Source: Eledone cirrhosa
Taxonomy: Eukaryota
Length of the DNA: 64,000 nt
Assembly: GCA_964016885.1 (NCBI GenBank)
Contig: OZ024740.1
Coordinates: forward strand, 349,866,001-349,930,000
Direction: 5' to 3'
The notes beneath the pieces were generated by a model. The model had not been told where the DNA came from, did no database searches, and saw only the letters and a list, made by a program, of their open reading frames with translations. The translations under genes were made by a program, and so were the position numbers. Shown in pieces: positions 45,145-58,080 of the stretch. The stretch's first letter is position 1, and every line of letters begins with the position of its first letter.

Positions 45145-45738
45145 ATCTTAATAGCCATTTGACACACATCGCTGCTAACCATTATCACAACATCGAACAC
45201 CTTACTACTACTACTACTACTACTACTACTACACACACACATACACACACACACACATATTTGTTGTGAAAGAGTCATTTCTCAATCTTGGCGCAAAACC
45301 AATTTTTTATTCACATGACCTCTACCGACCAATCAAAATTGTTTTGACCACAAGAATTTTTGCTGGAGCCACTTTTTTAACATAAAAACAGTCTTGGCGC
45401 AAAATCAATTTTTTACATTCACATGACCTCTACCGACCAATCAAAATTGTTTTTACCACAAGAATTTTTGCAAATTGGAGCCACTTTTTTAACATAAAAA
45501 CAGATAGAATTCCCAAAACTAATCAGATCAGAGCAAACAGCACGGACACTCTATCTCAAAATTATTTTTGAAAAGCATTTAGAAATGCGCAACCGGTAAA
45601 AACTTAAGAACTTAAAACCACAACTGAATACTAACCCATACAATCACTAATACTCTTTTATTCCTAATTAAACCATTTTTCAACTGTGAACAATTTGTCA
45701 GCATTTTCTATTCCGTTTACCAATATATATATATATAT

Positions 45739-46347
45739 ATACATTATGAAGAGAGAAGAAACATTTAGATATAATTAGTAATAAAATGTATCATACCTAA
45801 ACTGCCCCTAAATTCCTCGACTACGTAGTTTCGTGGCATAAACAAAAACAATATATCATAAAGACATAGAGTCCCTGCGAGGTCTGCCGACTTATCAAGA
45901 GGATACCTCATTTTACTAGTCTCAAGAACACGTCCACACGACGTGAGAAAGAATCCCAAAAGGCGGAGGGGGAGATAGTCACGCGATATAACGGTCGAGA
46001 AACGGAGCTAAGCCTCTTATAACCACGAAAAAAATACCACGGAGGCGGAGGGGGTATTCATATCGAGGCCGCAGAAGAGGTGGTGAAGAAGGCTAGAAGT
46101 ATGAGTAATGGAAGCTTTCCAGTTGTCCCCACACTTCAAAGATTGCTCGACCAGAGGGAGTTATTAACAATATATTTAGAAACACACAGATACATGCGGA
46201 CACACACATATATACATGAATGCATCCGCACCCAACTGTGAGTTAAGGGTGCCAACTTCACCGATGTTGCTCAATGAATGACCGGGACAGACCAATTCAG
46301 TTGAACTAGACTGAACCAGTATCAGAGTTAAAAATACATTATGAAGA
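45739..46347 (-). mobile_element. ~600-nt non-coding, terminally redundant, hammerhead-bearing insertion (retrozyme-like)
   Basis: Absent from the paralogous site at ~34617-34650; 14-nt direct repeat ATACATTATGAAGA at both ends (period 595); inserted in (TA)n. Confidence 0.7.
45814..45903 (-). ncRNA. Type I hammerhead ribozyme, U3-A8 core variant
   Basis: UCCUC-UUGAUAA-GU(C)GGCA..UGCCAC-GAAAC-UACGUA-GUC^GAGGA: perfect 5-bp stem I, G10.1-C11.1, palindromic stem III, GUC cleavage triplet. Confidence 0.7.
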
Positions 46348-46658
46348 TATATGGTTAGAGCATTAGGCTTGCAATCGAAAGGTTGTGAGTGAGGCGTAAC
46401 CCTGCGATGGACTGGAGTCCTGGCCAGGGGAGAGTCACGCCATGGAACCGGGATAAGCACCGGCCAAATGAGCCTTCTGGCTGAAGACAGACTTTAGACT
46501 TTTTATATATAGTTCAAGGAGACCACAAACAGCGGTACAAAAAGTCTTATTGGTTTCACGCTTTATATGGAAAAGAGGAAAGAAGTTACGACGTGTCAGG
46601 CTTAAGACGTTCTTCAGGAGTACAATTAGAGACAGGATCATACACAGACACACAGACA

Positions 46659-46722
<64 letters not shown>

Positions 46723-47008
46723 TATACACCAACATACACATATTTATATTTATCATTACATGTCCGTATACTCATCACTTTTAATTTTCTTGTCATTTCA
46801 GTTCATTTGTACTTATTCATTACTTTGGAACTCCTTGCTTGGAATCATGGCAGCAGGACGGCCGATAAGGTCAGGCAGATAACTTTGGAACATATATACT
46901 TAAAATGATGGCGGATGTGGGGGGGGGGGGTGTACACGTGTTTTGATGGGGCCCTGTGAAGAAGCAGAAAACGTAAAAGAAGAGGAAGTAGAAGTAAAGA
47001 AGAAAACT

Positions 47009-47047
<39 letters not shown>

Positions 47048-47194
47048 GTTTTCGTGTTTCATGTAAAGGTCAAATATGTCAGTTGTTGTCAGAATTGGGA
47101 GGTGAAAGGTCAACATGTCAACTAGGTTTCAGAAATGAAGTTTATATTTTGAAATATTTCAATGTTTCAAACTTTGTCACAACTTGATTTCATT

Positions 47195-47280
47195 AACGTT
47201 GTTGTTGTTGTGGCTGTTGTTGTTGCTGTTGTTGTTGTTGCTGTTGTTGCTGTTGTTGTTGTTGTTGCTGTTGTTGTTGT

Positions 47281-47312
<32 letters not shown>

Positions 47313-47801
47313 TTCTTGGTTGTTGCTGTTGTTGTTGCTGCTGCTGTTGTTGTCGTTGCTGCTGCTGTCGTTGATGCTGTTGTCGTTGCTGCTTCTGCGG
47401 TTGGTGTTGCTGCTTCTGCGGTTGTTGTTGTTGTTGTTGTTGTTGCTTTAAAGCTAAGCAGTGAGTGAAGGACCGTCACAAACAAATAATAATTGGTATT
47501 CGTTATTTGATGGAGGACTGCGTTGGTTTTTTTATTGTTTAGTTTTGAAAGCTGATGGTGGTGATCGTGTTGTTGTTGTTGTTGTTGTGGTTGTTGCTGG
47601 TGGTGGTGGTGGTGGTGGTGGTGATGGTGATCGTGTTGTTGTTGTTGTTGTTGTGGTTGTTGCTGGTGGTGGTGGTGGTGGTGGTGGTGATGGTGATCGT
47701 GTTGTTGTTGTTGTTGTTGTGGTTGTTGCTGGTGGTGGTGGTGGTGGTGGTGGTGATGGTGATCGTGTTGTTGTTGTTGTTGCTGGTGGTGGTGGTGATG
47801 C

Positions 47802-47832
<31 letters not shown>

Positions 47833-48110
47833 GATGCTGTTGTTGTTGTTGTTGGTGGTGATGGTGATATGTTGTTGTTGGTGGTGGTGGTGATGCTGTT
47901 GTTGTTGTTGGTGCTGGGGTGGTGGTGGTGATGGTGATCGTGTTGTTGTTGTTGTTGTTGTTGTTGCTGGTGGTGGTGGTGGTGGTGATGGTGATCGTGT
48001 TGTTGTTGTTGCTGTTGTTGTTGCTGGTGGTGGTGGTGGTGGTGATGGTGATCGTGTTGTTGTTGTTGTTGTTGTTGCTGGTGGTGGTGGGGTGGTGGTG
48101 ATGGTGATCG

Positions 48111-48144
<34 letters not shown>

Positions 48145-48345
48145 ACTGTTGTTGTTGTTGTTACTGTTGTTACTGTTGTCGTTGTTGTTATTGTTGCTGT
48201 TGTTGTTGTTGTGTTATTGGTGGTGGTGGTGGTGGTGGTGATGGTGGTGGTGATGGTGGTGGTGGTGGTGTTGTTGTTGTTGGTGGTGGTGGTGTTGGTG
48301 GTGGTGATGCTGTTGTTGTTGTTGGTGGTCGTGGTGGTGGTGATG

Positions 48346-48377
<32 letters not shown>

Positions 48378-48514
48378 GATGTTGTTGTTGTTGTTGTTGT
48401 TGGTGGTGGTGGTGTTGTTGTTGTTGTTGGTGGTGGTGGTGATGCTGTTGTTGTTGTTGTTGGTGGTGGTGGTGATGCTGTTGTTGCTGTTGGTGGTGGT
48501 GGTGGTGGTGATGC

Positions 48515-48545
<31 letters not shown>

Positions 48546-48549
48546 GATG

Positions 48550-48581
<32 letters not shown>

Positions 48582-49048
48582 GGTGGTGATGGTGATGATG
48601 TTGTTGGTGGTGGTGATGGTGATGCTGATGGTGCTGGTGGTGGTGGTGGTGATGCTGTTGGTGGTGGTGGTGGTGTTGGTGATGGTGATGCTGTTGTTGT
48701 TGTTGTTGGTGGTGGTGATGGTGATGCTGTTGGTGGTGGTGGTGGTGGTGGTGGTGGTGGTGGTGGGGATGTTGGTGGTGGTGGTGTTGTTGTTGTTGTT
48801 GGTGGTGGTGGTGATGCTGTTGTTGTTGTTGTTGGTGGTGGTGGTGATGCTGTTGTTGCTGTTGGTGGTGGTGGTGGTGGTGTTGGTGATGGTGATGCTG
48901 TTGGTGGTGGTGATGTTGTTGTTGTTGTTGTTGTTGGTGGTGGTGGTGATGTTGTTGTTGTTGGTGGTGGTGGTGATGCTGTTGTTGTTGTTGTTGGTGG
49001 TGGTGGTGATGCTGTTGTTGCTGTTGGTGGTGGTGGTGGTGGTGATGC

Positions 49049-49079
<31 letters not shown>

Positions 49080-49083
49080 GATG

Positions 49084-49115
<32 letters not shown>

Positions 49116-49794
49116 GGTGGTGATGGTGATGATGTTGTTGGTGGTGGTGATGGTGATGCTGATGGTGCTGGTGGTGGTGGTGGTGATGTTGTTGGTGGTG
49201 GTGGTGGTGATGGTGATGCTGTTGGTGGTGGTGGTGGTGGTGGTGATGGTGATGCTGTTGGTGGTGGTGGTGATGATGGTGATGCTGTTGGTGGTGGTGG
49301 TGGTGATGATGGTGATGCTGTTGGTGGTGGTGGTGGTGGTGTTGGTGATGGCGATGCTGTTGGTGGTGGTGGTGGTGGTTGGGATGGTGATGCTGTTGGT
49401 GGTGGTGGTGATGGCGATGCTGTTGGTGGTGGTGATGGTGGTGATGCTGTTGGTGGTGGTGGTGGTGATGATGGTGATGCTGTTGGCGGTGGTGGTGGTG
49501 GTGATGATGGTGGTGATGCTGTTGGTGGTGGTGGTGGTGATGGTGATGCTGTTGGTGGTGGTGGTGGTGGTGGTGATGGTGATGCTGTTGGTGGTGGTGG
49601 TGGTGGTGGTGATGGTGATGCTGTTGGTGGTGGTGGTGGTGAGGTTTCAATTTCGACGGGCGAAAACAACAACCTGCAATTAATAAAGGAATTAATCAAA
49701 AAATAGATAAATAAAATCAAATAAAATAATTTAAAAAGAATTCAGCTCGTTGAGATGATGAAGATGATGATGGTGGTGGTGGTGATGGTGATGG

Positions 49795-49835
<41 letters not shown>

Positions 49836-50550
49836 ATGATGATGATGTTAATGATGATGATGGTGAGGAATCGTTTGAGGATAGTAATAATGATGATGAT
49901 GATGATGATGGTGGTGGTGATAATGATGATGGTGATGATGATGACGACGAGGATGATGTTGATGGTGGTGGTGGTGGTGATTATGTTAATGGTGATGATG
50001 ATGATGACGATGGTGATGATGACAATGATGATGATGTTGATGGTGGTGGTGGTGGTGGTGATGGTGATTATGTTAATGGTGATGTTGATGACTATGATGA
50101 TGTTAATGGTGATGATGATGTTTATGATGATGCTGATGATGATGATGAGGATCATTATGATGATGATGATGATGATAGTGACAATATGGCGACAGTTATA
50201 CAGATAATTGTTTCTACTTCAGGCACAAGGCCAGCAAATACCTAGTGCATTACTGGTACTTTATTTTATCGACCCCGTAAGGATGAAAGGCAAAGTCAAC
50301 CTCGGCGGGATTTGAACTCAGATCATAAAGGGACGTAACTCTATGTCGGAAAGCATGGCGTCCGACCCTCTACCGATACTGCCAATAATGATGATGAGGT
50401 GGGATTAACATAATGAGGATGACAAATAGTAGTGATGGAAATAGGGATGTCATTTACCATGTCGTTAATAACGACGACAATGATGAGGGAGGGATGATGA
50501 TGATGATGATGATGTTGATGGTGATGATGAGGTTGATGTTGCTGAACAAC

Positions 50551-50592
<42 letters not shown>

Positions 50593-50634
50593 GTGATGAT
50601 GGTGATGCTGAGGATGAGGATGATGTTAATATAA

Positions 50635-50666
<32 letters not shown>

Positions 50667-50749
50667 AAGAACATGATGATGATGATGACGATGATGAAAT
50701 GATGACAATGATGATGATGGTGATGACGATGATGATGGTGATGATGATA

Positions 50750-50780
<31 letters not shown>

Positions 50781-50826
50781 CGTTAATGGTGATGATGAAA
50801 ATGATGATGATGATGATGATGATGAC

Positions 50827-50859
<33 letters not shown>

Positions 50860-50862
50860 AAA

Positions 50863-50913
<51 letters not shown>

Positions 50914-51023
50914 AAAGATGATGATGATGATGATGATGATGATTATAATGAGGATGTTAATGATGAAATTGTAATGATGCTTGTATTGGTAATGATGATA
51001 AATGACAAAAAAGAGGTAATAGT

Positions 51024-51088
<65 letters not shown>

Positions 51089-51099
51089 CAGCAGCAACT

Positions 51100-51159
<60 letters not shown>

Positions 51160-51235
51160 TCAGCAGCAGTAATAGTAGCAGTAGTAGTAGAAAAATAGTA
51201 GTAGTAGTAGTAGTAGTAGTAGTAGACAAAATAGC

Positions 51236-51279
<44 letters not shown>

Positions 51280-51390
51280 ACAAAATAGCAGTAGTAGTTG
51301 TAGTAGTAGTAGTAATAGTGGTAGTAGACAAAATAGTAGTAGTAGTAGTAGTAGTAGGTGGTGGTGGTGGTGGTGGTAGCAACAGCAGTA
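47195..51390. repeat. ~4-kb strand-biased compound trinucleotide tract: (GTT)n, then GGT/GTT/GAT/GCT, then (GAT)n, then (GTA)n
   Basis: Directly visible; interrupted by short unique islands and a SINE at 50207-50385 (minus strand). Confidence 0.95.
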
Positions 51391-51769
51391 GCAAATGACA
51401 GCAAATTGAAGAAGTTTGCTGGCTAAGGTAGAGAAGGATTCAAGAAGAGCAGCAACAGAAGCTACATATAAAATAACAAAATATATAAAACTACATAGGA
51501 AATAAATAATATAAAATAACTAACATAAGAAGGTAAATGAGTATAATGAGTAAAATGATGGCGACGATGGCGGGGGAGGAAGAAAGTCCATGAGTACTAA
51601 CAAAATGGAAGAATTAATGAATTTCTTTGTCCCCGAAATCAAGGTCATCTTTAAGGAGATATAATTGATTACACGAGGCTTTGTCTTATTGGAACGTATT
51701 TCATCAATAGCAAAGTCATTAAAACTTCTAGAAATCGACTCCGACACGATTATAACAGGGATATAATAA

Positions 51770-52690
51770 CGATTTCTACTATAGGCACAAGATCAATAAT
51801 TTGAGGGGGAGGGGAAAGTCGATTAAATCGACCCCAGTAAGTTACTGGTGCTTTATTTTATCGATCCCGTAAGGATGAAAGTCAAAGTTAACTACGGTGG
51901 GATTTGAACTCAGACCGTGAAGGGCCGTCACTCTATGCTGCAAGGCATGGTCTCTGACTCTCTACCGATACTGCCAGGGATATAATAACGAGAGCTGAAT
52001 GTTGTACTGTTTAATATATATTTAGTATCCAATCAAAGAATGGTGATTTGCTGGACTGGTAAATCTGACTGGTAAACTCACTGGCACGTTACAACCCGTA
52101 TGTAGCCTACTAATGTATCTTCCATATATCGTATCTAGGCAGTGATATGGCAGAAGCGCTACAGTGCATTGTGATACTTATTCGGGTTCCTTGAATTCTG
52201 AATTCAAATCTCACGTTCCTTTTTTTCTTTCCGGGGTCGATAAAATAAAGTACCAGTTAATCACCGGAGTCGATATAATCGACTATACCTCTCCCGCCAA
52301 ATTGTAGCCTTGTGCCTATGCTAGAAATGAGTATTATTATGGCAGTATCGGTAGAGCGTCAGACACCATGCTTTGCAGCATAGTTAAGGCCCTTTACGTT
52401 CTGAGTTCAAATTCCGCCGAGGTTAACTTTGTCTTTCACCCTTTCTTGGTCGATAAAATAAAGCACCAGTAATGCACTGTGGTAATTGCTGGTCTTGTGC
52501 CAAAAGTAGGCACAATTACATCATAGATTATGATAATCACCATTGAGTAACGAAATACTTGGGTGTCGGATTAAATGACTTGAACGTTCTGAGTTCAAAC
52601 CGTATTGAGGGCAACCTTGCCTTTCACCTCATCATCTCAGATTGAATAAAATAATCACCAGTCAAGTACTACTGGGATGGCCTTGTGAGA
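51770..52690. mobile_element. Cluster of four MetaSINE-like copies (51770-51975 minus; 52140-52335, 52341-52520 and 52560-52690 plus)
   Basis: Repeated GTTCAAA box B and GGTCGATAAAATAAAG.ACCAG core. Confidence 0.8.
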
Positions 52691-52807
52691 AATCCTCATT
52701 GTGATTGTCATAAAAGGAAATCATATGATAGCTATCATAATTAGGAATTATGATTCTGAATCATTGCAGAGAAACGAATCCGTTTTACAACAACAACAAC
52801 AACAACT

Positions 52808-52868
<61 letters not shown>

Positions 52869-53319
52869 CTACAACAACAACATCAACAACAAAAAGATTA
52901 ATAGAACGACAATAAAAAAAAGCTAAACAAACAGAAAACACAAATGAAAGTTTTCTCTTTGCAATAAATAGTTCAGTTGAATAACGGAGTTAGGTCGTTG
53001 TCAGTAAAATAAATATATTGAAAGACAAAACAAAAAAAAACATATGACATTACTACTAAACTATATTTCCGAAATAAGAGAAACAACTCAGTGAAGAAAG
53101 AAGAATAGGAGGAATAGGAGAAAGGAAATATAAAGCAACAACAAAAGCAACAAAGACAGAATAGAAAATAACAATATCCAAAATTTTAGTCATGTGTGTT
53201 GTCCTTTCTTCATATCGGACGTAATATATTAACAAAAATGAATAAATAAATGATGGCAGAAACAAATAAATATGTGAACCAACGATTAGACCAGGAAGAG
53301 AATGAAAATAAATATCGCC

Positions 53320-53362
53320 GAGATCATGTGACCATAAACCTTTGATTTACAAAATGGCGTTC
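53320..53362 (+). promoter_or_regulatory. Candidate core promoter/TSS region
   Basis: E-box TCATGTGACC (53324-53333) and YY1-type CAAAATGGCG (53350-53359), ~260 bp upstream of the putative start exon. Confidence 0.45.
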
Positions 53363-53615
53363 TTTTCACTTTTATTTGGTTATTTCTTTACTCCACTGTT
53401 GTTATTGTATTTTTTCCATTTTTTTCATGCATTTTACTATTTTTTAAAGTAGTTATCTGGGTCTTTATGTTTATTTATTTACTTATCCATTTGTAGAACC
53501 TTCTTAATATTTCAGAAATAAAACAGCAGGTTATGATAAGAACAAAATACTACCAATGTAAGAAATTATGATATGGAATATTTTGTTAAAGTTTAATTTA
53601 TTTTTGTATGAAAAT

Positions 53616-53891
53616 ATGACGGCGATACGAAGATACTTAGAGATCGAGTCCCCTTCGTCCACCCTGCAAACATGCACTCTGGTGACTGATGTGACCGATC
53701 CGATATCCGTATATCCGCCCACAGTGGCCACAGGGAAATATCTGTGTTGTGATTGGCTCCGCCCTGACACAGCCCTTCCATCAGGCTTTTCTCTCCTCCA
53801 GGCTGACCCGACGGTTTGTCTCAAATGCGCTGGTATCCAGCAGAATGATGCGGTGCTAAGTATTGCAGTCAGCGACCTCGGTGGTACACAG
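53616..53891 (+). CDS. Probable first coding exon (92 aa) of an unidentified host gene
   Basis: Unique GC-elevated island; aatATG start; open frame MTAIRRYLEIESPSSTLQ..VLSIAVSDLGGTQ ending at a strong phase-0 donor CAG|GTGGGT. No downstream exon recognised in the window. Confidence 0.6.
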
Positions 53892-54164
53892 GTGGGTATC
53901 GATCTTACATTCCTTCAGGGTCTTTTTTAGCATATCTTTGTACTATTTCTTCAGCGCACCGCTGTTTTGACAAGAAGACAATTCTCCGTAGAGTGCGATT
54001 TTGGCACGCGACAGTCTGTCTGTGCGTGTGTGTGTGTGTGTTTCTGTGCGCGCGTGTGTGTGTGTGTGTTGATTTGTATACTGGTGATCCATGTAGATAG
54101 TGATTATAGCTACAATATTGAAGTTTTCTGTGTCCGTAGATGGCTATTAAGATCGATGTTTTAA

Positions 54165-54880
54165 AGGAAATAATTGTTTCTATTTTTGGCACAAGCCCAG
54201 CAATTATCCCAGTGCATTACTGGTACTTTATTTTATCGACCCCGTAAGGATGACAGGTAAACTTAACCTCGGCGGGATTTAAACTCAGACCATTAAAGGG
54301 GCGGAACTCTATGGTGCAAAGCATGGCGTCCGACCCTCTATCGATACTGCCATTTAAGGAAATATTTGTTTCTACTTTTGGCACAAGGCCAGCAATTATC
54401 CCAGTGTATTACTGCTACTTTATTTTATCGACCCTGTAAGGATGAAAGGCAAAGTTAACCACGGCGGGATTTGAACATTTAAGGAAATAATTGTTTCTAC
54501 TATTGGCACAAGGCCAGCAATTACCCAGTATATTACTGGTACTTTATTTTATCGACTCCGTAAGGATGAAAGGCAAAGTTAACCTCGGCGGGATTTGAAC
54601 TCAGAATGGCAAGGGCCGTAACTCTATGCGTCAAAGCATGGCGTCCGACCCTCTACCGATACTGCCAATTCACCGCTCATTTAAGGAAATAATGATTTCT
54701 AATTTAACCACAAGGCCAACAATTCTGTGGAGAGATCAATGTCGATTAAATCGACATCAGTATGTGACTGGTACTGATTTTATTGATCTTGGAAGCATGA
54801 AAAACAATGTTGACCTCGGCGGAATTTGAATCCAGAATATGAAGAGCCGGAACAAATACCGAGGCTCTAACGATTCTGGA
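54165..54880 (-). mobile_element. Tandem array of four SINE copies (three near-identical, each preceded by TTTAAGGAAATA; the fourth a diverged subtype)
   Basis: Units at about 54170-54352, 54360-54476, 54487-54676 and 54690-54880. Confidence 0.85.
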
Positions 54881-54889
54881 GCGTAAGGC

Positions 54890-57800
54890 CTACAGTAAAC
54901 AGATTAGCACCTTAGTTAAGTGCCAGTTGATGAGGGCGATCGTCAACAACAGGTGGTGGAGCTCTCTCAAGAGAGCAATTAGAATAGAATCGATAGCATT
55001 TAGCAAGGAAGTAGCTTTAGAAAAAAACAAAACTGAAAAGGAACTGGTAGCTAAAATAGAAGAGGCACTTAGGAATGGCAGTACAGCTGAGGTGCTAGCG
55101 GCGAGAACGGCACTAGACCAGTTCTTCAACGTGAAACACGAAGGTTGTATTGTCAGAAGTAGAACACGTGCTCTAAGAAACGAGGGAGCCAAAGCTGTTA
55201 GCTGGGCCCGAGTGGCAGAGGCGAAAAGTGGCAACAAATCCACAATTTGGTCTTTGCAAGACAAAGATGGACGCATTATACTTGAATCCAAGCAGATGTA
55301 CACGACCTTCCAGCAGCATTTTGCACAACTGTTCAGGCAAAGCGGTACATTGAGCGAGGTGATGGACTTCAGCTTCTACCTCGACGGCGTACCGCGACTC
55401 TCGAGCACGGATGCGGAAGGCCGATCACAGCGGGCGAAATAGAAGATGCCCTAGGCTGCTGCGGGAAACGCAAATCACCCGGTTTAGATGGTCTACCCTA
55501 TGAGTTTTGCATAGGCATGCCAGACTTGTTCTCTGGCATCCTCGAAGCGGTCTACTACAACTGGCAGCAGAACGGGATGATTCCCAGTTCTGTAGGCAGA
55601 GGCGTAGTAACGCTGATCAGGAAATATGAGAACAAGGGGGGTGAGATAAGCAATTTCAGGCCCATAATTCTGCTCAACACAGAGTTAAAGATTTTGGCCA
55701 AGGTATTAGCAGCAAGGCTGGTGCTTGTCGTCGAGAACCTAGTAGGGGAAGCCTAAACGTGGGCAATCCCGACCAGGTCCATACACGACAACCCCCACTC
55801 ATGCGATACATCATAGAGAGGGTAGGGTGTAAACCTGGCTTCGGTGGAGCTCTGATCAATTTAGATCAGTCTAAGGCATTTGATAGGGTCGACCATCAAT
55901 ACTTGGAAGCAGTTCTCAAGGCGGCCGGCTTCGGTCCCGTCTTCAGAGGCTGGATAGCTGCCATGCACGCCAGCATCTTCTCGGCAGTCAAGGTGAATGG
56001 CTACCTATCAGAGCCATTCCAAATCATGCGTTCCATCCGTCATGGATGCCCTCTCTCCTCCATTCTGTATGTACTGACTCTCGAGCCGTTACTGCGGAAG
56101 TTGGAGCTGTTGCAAGGCATCCTGATCGAACCACGACTGCGCCGACGACATAACCGTAATGGTGTCGAAAACCTCGGAAATCGGGGTAATCAGCAACCTA
56201 TTACAGGAATACGTAATATTGACAGGAGCAAGACTAAACCCAAACAAGTCTGTCGGTTTGCAACTCGGCACATGGAGAGGCAAACCCATGCCTTCCGACA
56301 GTGTCGTTGGACGCTGGACGGAAGGACCGGTGAAATTGCTCGGAGTCTGGTGGACAAGAACTGGAACAAGGTCACGGCGAAGGTGTTTGCACTCACCCAG
56401 AAGTGGGCTGAGTGCAAACTCTCCTTGAAAGGTCGAGCGGAGGTGGCGAACACTTACATAGCGTCTGTCATCTACTACCGTTTGACAGTCGTGCCTTGCC
56501 CCCGCGAATACCTTACCAAAATGGAACGCCTACTCTTCAAGTTCTTCTGGAAGAAACAGGCTCCATTGGTGAGGAGATCCATCTGCTGTCAACACCCTTC
56601 TAACGGAGGGCTGGGCATACCGTGGCTGATGATGCACAAACACGCGCTGAGACTACACCATCTCCAGGTATTCCTGACCGGTGAATCGGTGTGGCTGTCG
56701 TTTGCGAGACAAGCTCTTCCACAACTCGTCTCACTAACAGAGCTGCAGTCCTGGGTCAAGCGAAGACCGAAAATGGGTGCCTGGCACCTCGAGTGCCTAC
56801 AGGCGTTCACAGCCCTCTACCAAGCGGAAACGGCAATCAGCGGAGACTCTATAATGAAGAATGTAAGTCGTTAGATCAGAAGGCATTAAATAGACAAACT
56901 CCATTACAAGTATGTACTTCATTTATTCTTGCTTCACACTGTGAAACTCATTTTACCTGTATTTCCATGTGTGAGATACGACAGGATATGGCGTATCGAA
57001 GAATCGACGTTTTGACGATAGTAGATTCTTCTGTCTTAACTTCCGTTCTCTGGACTAAGTAGTCCAGTTACTTGTATCGCTACGCCGAAGGTTTTGATTG
57101 GCTCACACTTCAGCCAATTTACTTCCGTAACATTTTTCTTCCGCCGAAGGAAAATACATTTAATTACAAAGGATATATATTACTGCTACAACTCCACTTC
57201 GACATTCTATAGGGGATTAGTGGAGTATAAGTGCGACGACGTTCTCGGGGAAACTCTAGGCATGGAGGAGGACGAACTGACCAGTCTGTTCGGGAGGATT
57301 TTCCGTCCACGGCCTATGGATAACTGGCCTGGCAGTGCTACCGAGGAGCTCTACCAGTTCGAGACAAAATCTACAGGCACGGACGCCCTGGCAGAGATCC
57401 TGCCAAAAGGACCTGTCCAAGATGCGAGCAGGACATCGAAACCGTTCTGCACGCAATTGTTCAGTGCGCAGGGGTGACCGACCTGTGGAATTATGTCGAA
57501 CAGCTGATGTCACGTGTGGGACGCATCCAGTTATCAGCCGAGTCCATCGTGAGGATCACCCCACCGCCTTCATTTAAGAACGAAGGAGAGGCGGTTTTCC
57601 TCTGTCTGGTGGCTATGGCGAAAGAGGTAATATGGTGGACGAGGTTAAAAGGACTGAGGGCAAACACCTTTCTCCCCGGACAACAACTTATCCCCTTCTT
57701 TAAGTATCACTTCAGAAGGAAGGTGAGAGTGGAGAGAGAGGTGCTACAACCCAGTAAATTCGCTGAAAAGTGGGTGAATGTGGCGAAAATGGCCCGAGTG

Positions 57801-58080
57801 AATGGGGCTTCTCTGTATATAAACCTGTAAGTTGAGGAAGATAAACAGAGGGAACACAGGGACACCTACAAAACGTGTTCCTGGTGTTGAAAGTTGTTCT
57901 ATCCACGGGGTGTAAAACAACCCTGCAGTAACGTCCCCCCCCCCTATTGAGGATTTCAATTGTTATTTTATTATATATAGTTTATTGTTATTTATTAATG
58001 TTAAAGTTATTTTTATGTAAAACCCCCGCCGTCACGTCTAGTAATGTCCCATTTTTGTACGCCTCTGTGGCAAATAAAGA
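54890..58080 (+). mobile_element. 5'-truncated, degenerate Tx1/L1-clade LINE
   Basis: Frameshifted homolog of ORF2 at 60135-63575 (LDQSKAFDRVDH, GCPLS, LSLKGRAEV); 3' UTR ends GTGGCAAATAAA plus (TATC)n. Confidence 0.92.
56850..57190 (-). mobile_element. Solo LTR (341 bp) inserted in the Tx1 copy
   Basis: Interrupts GGA GAC TCC ACT; 4-bp TSD ACTC (56846-56849 and 57191-57194); ends T(A)TA..TACA; AATAAA on the minus strand. Confidence 0.75.

Noticed and set aside
49742-52941. Poly-Met/Ile/Tyr/Val/Gln ORFs
   Set aside because: Pure (GAT)n, (GTA)n and (CAA)n tracts.
50207-54880. tRNA genes or a CRISPR-like repeat-spacer array
   Set aside because: Units are ~190-bp SINEs with box A/B heads; no cloverleaf, no regular short repeats, eukaryotic context.
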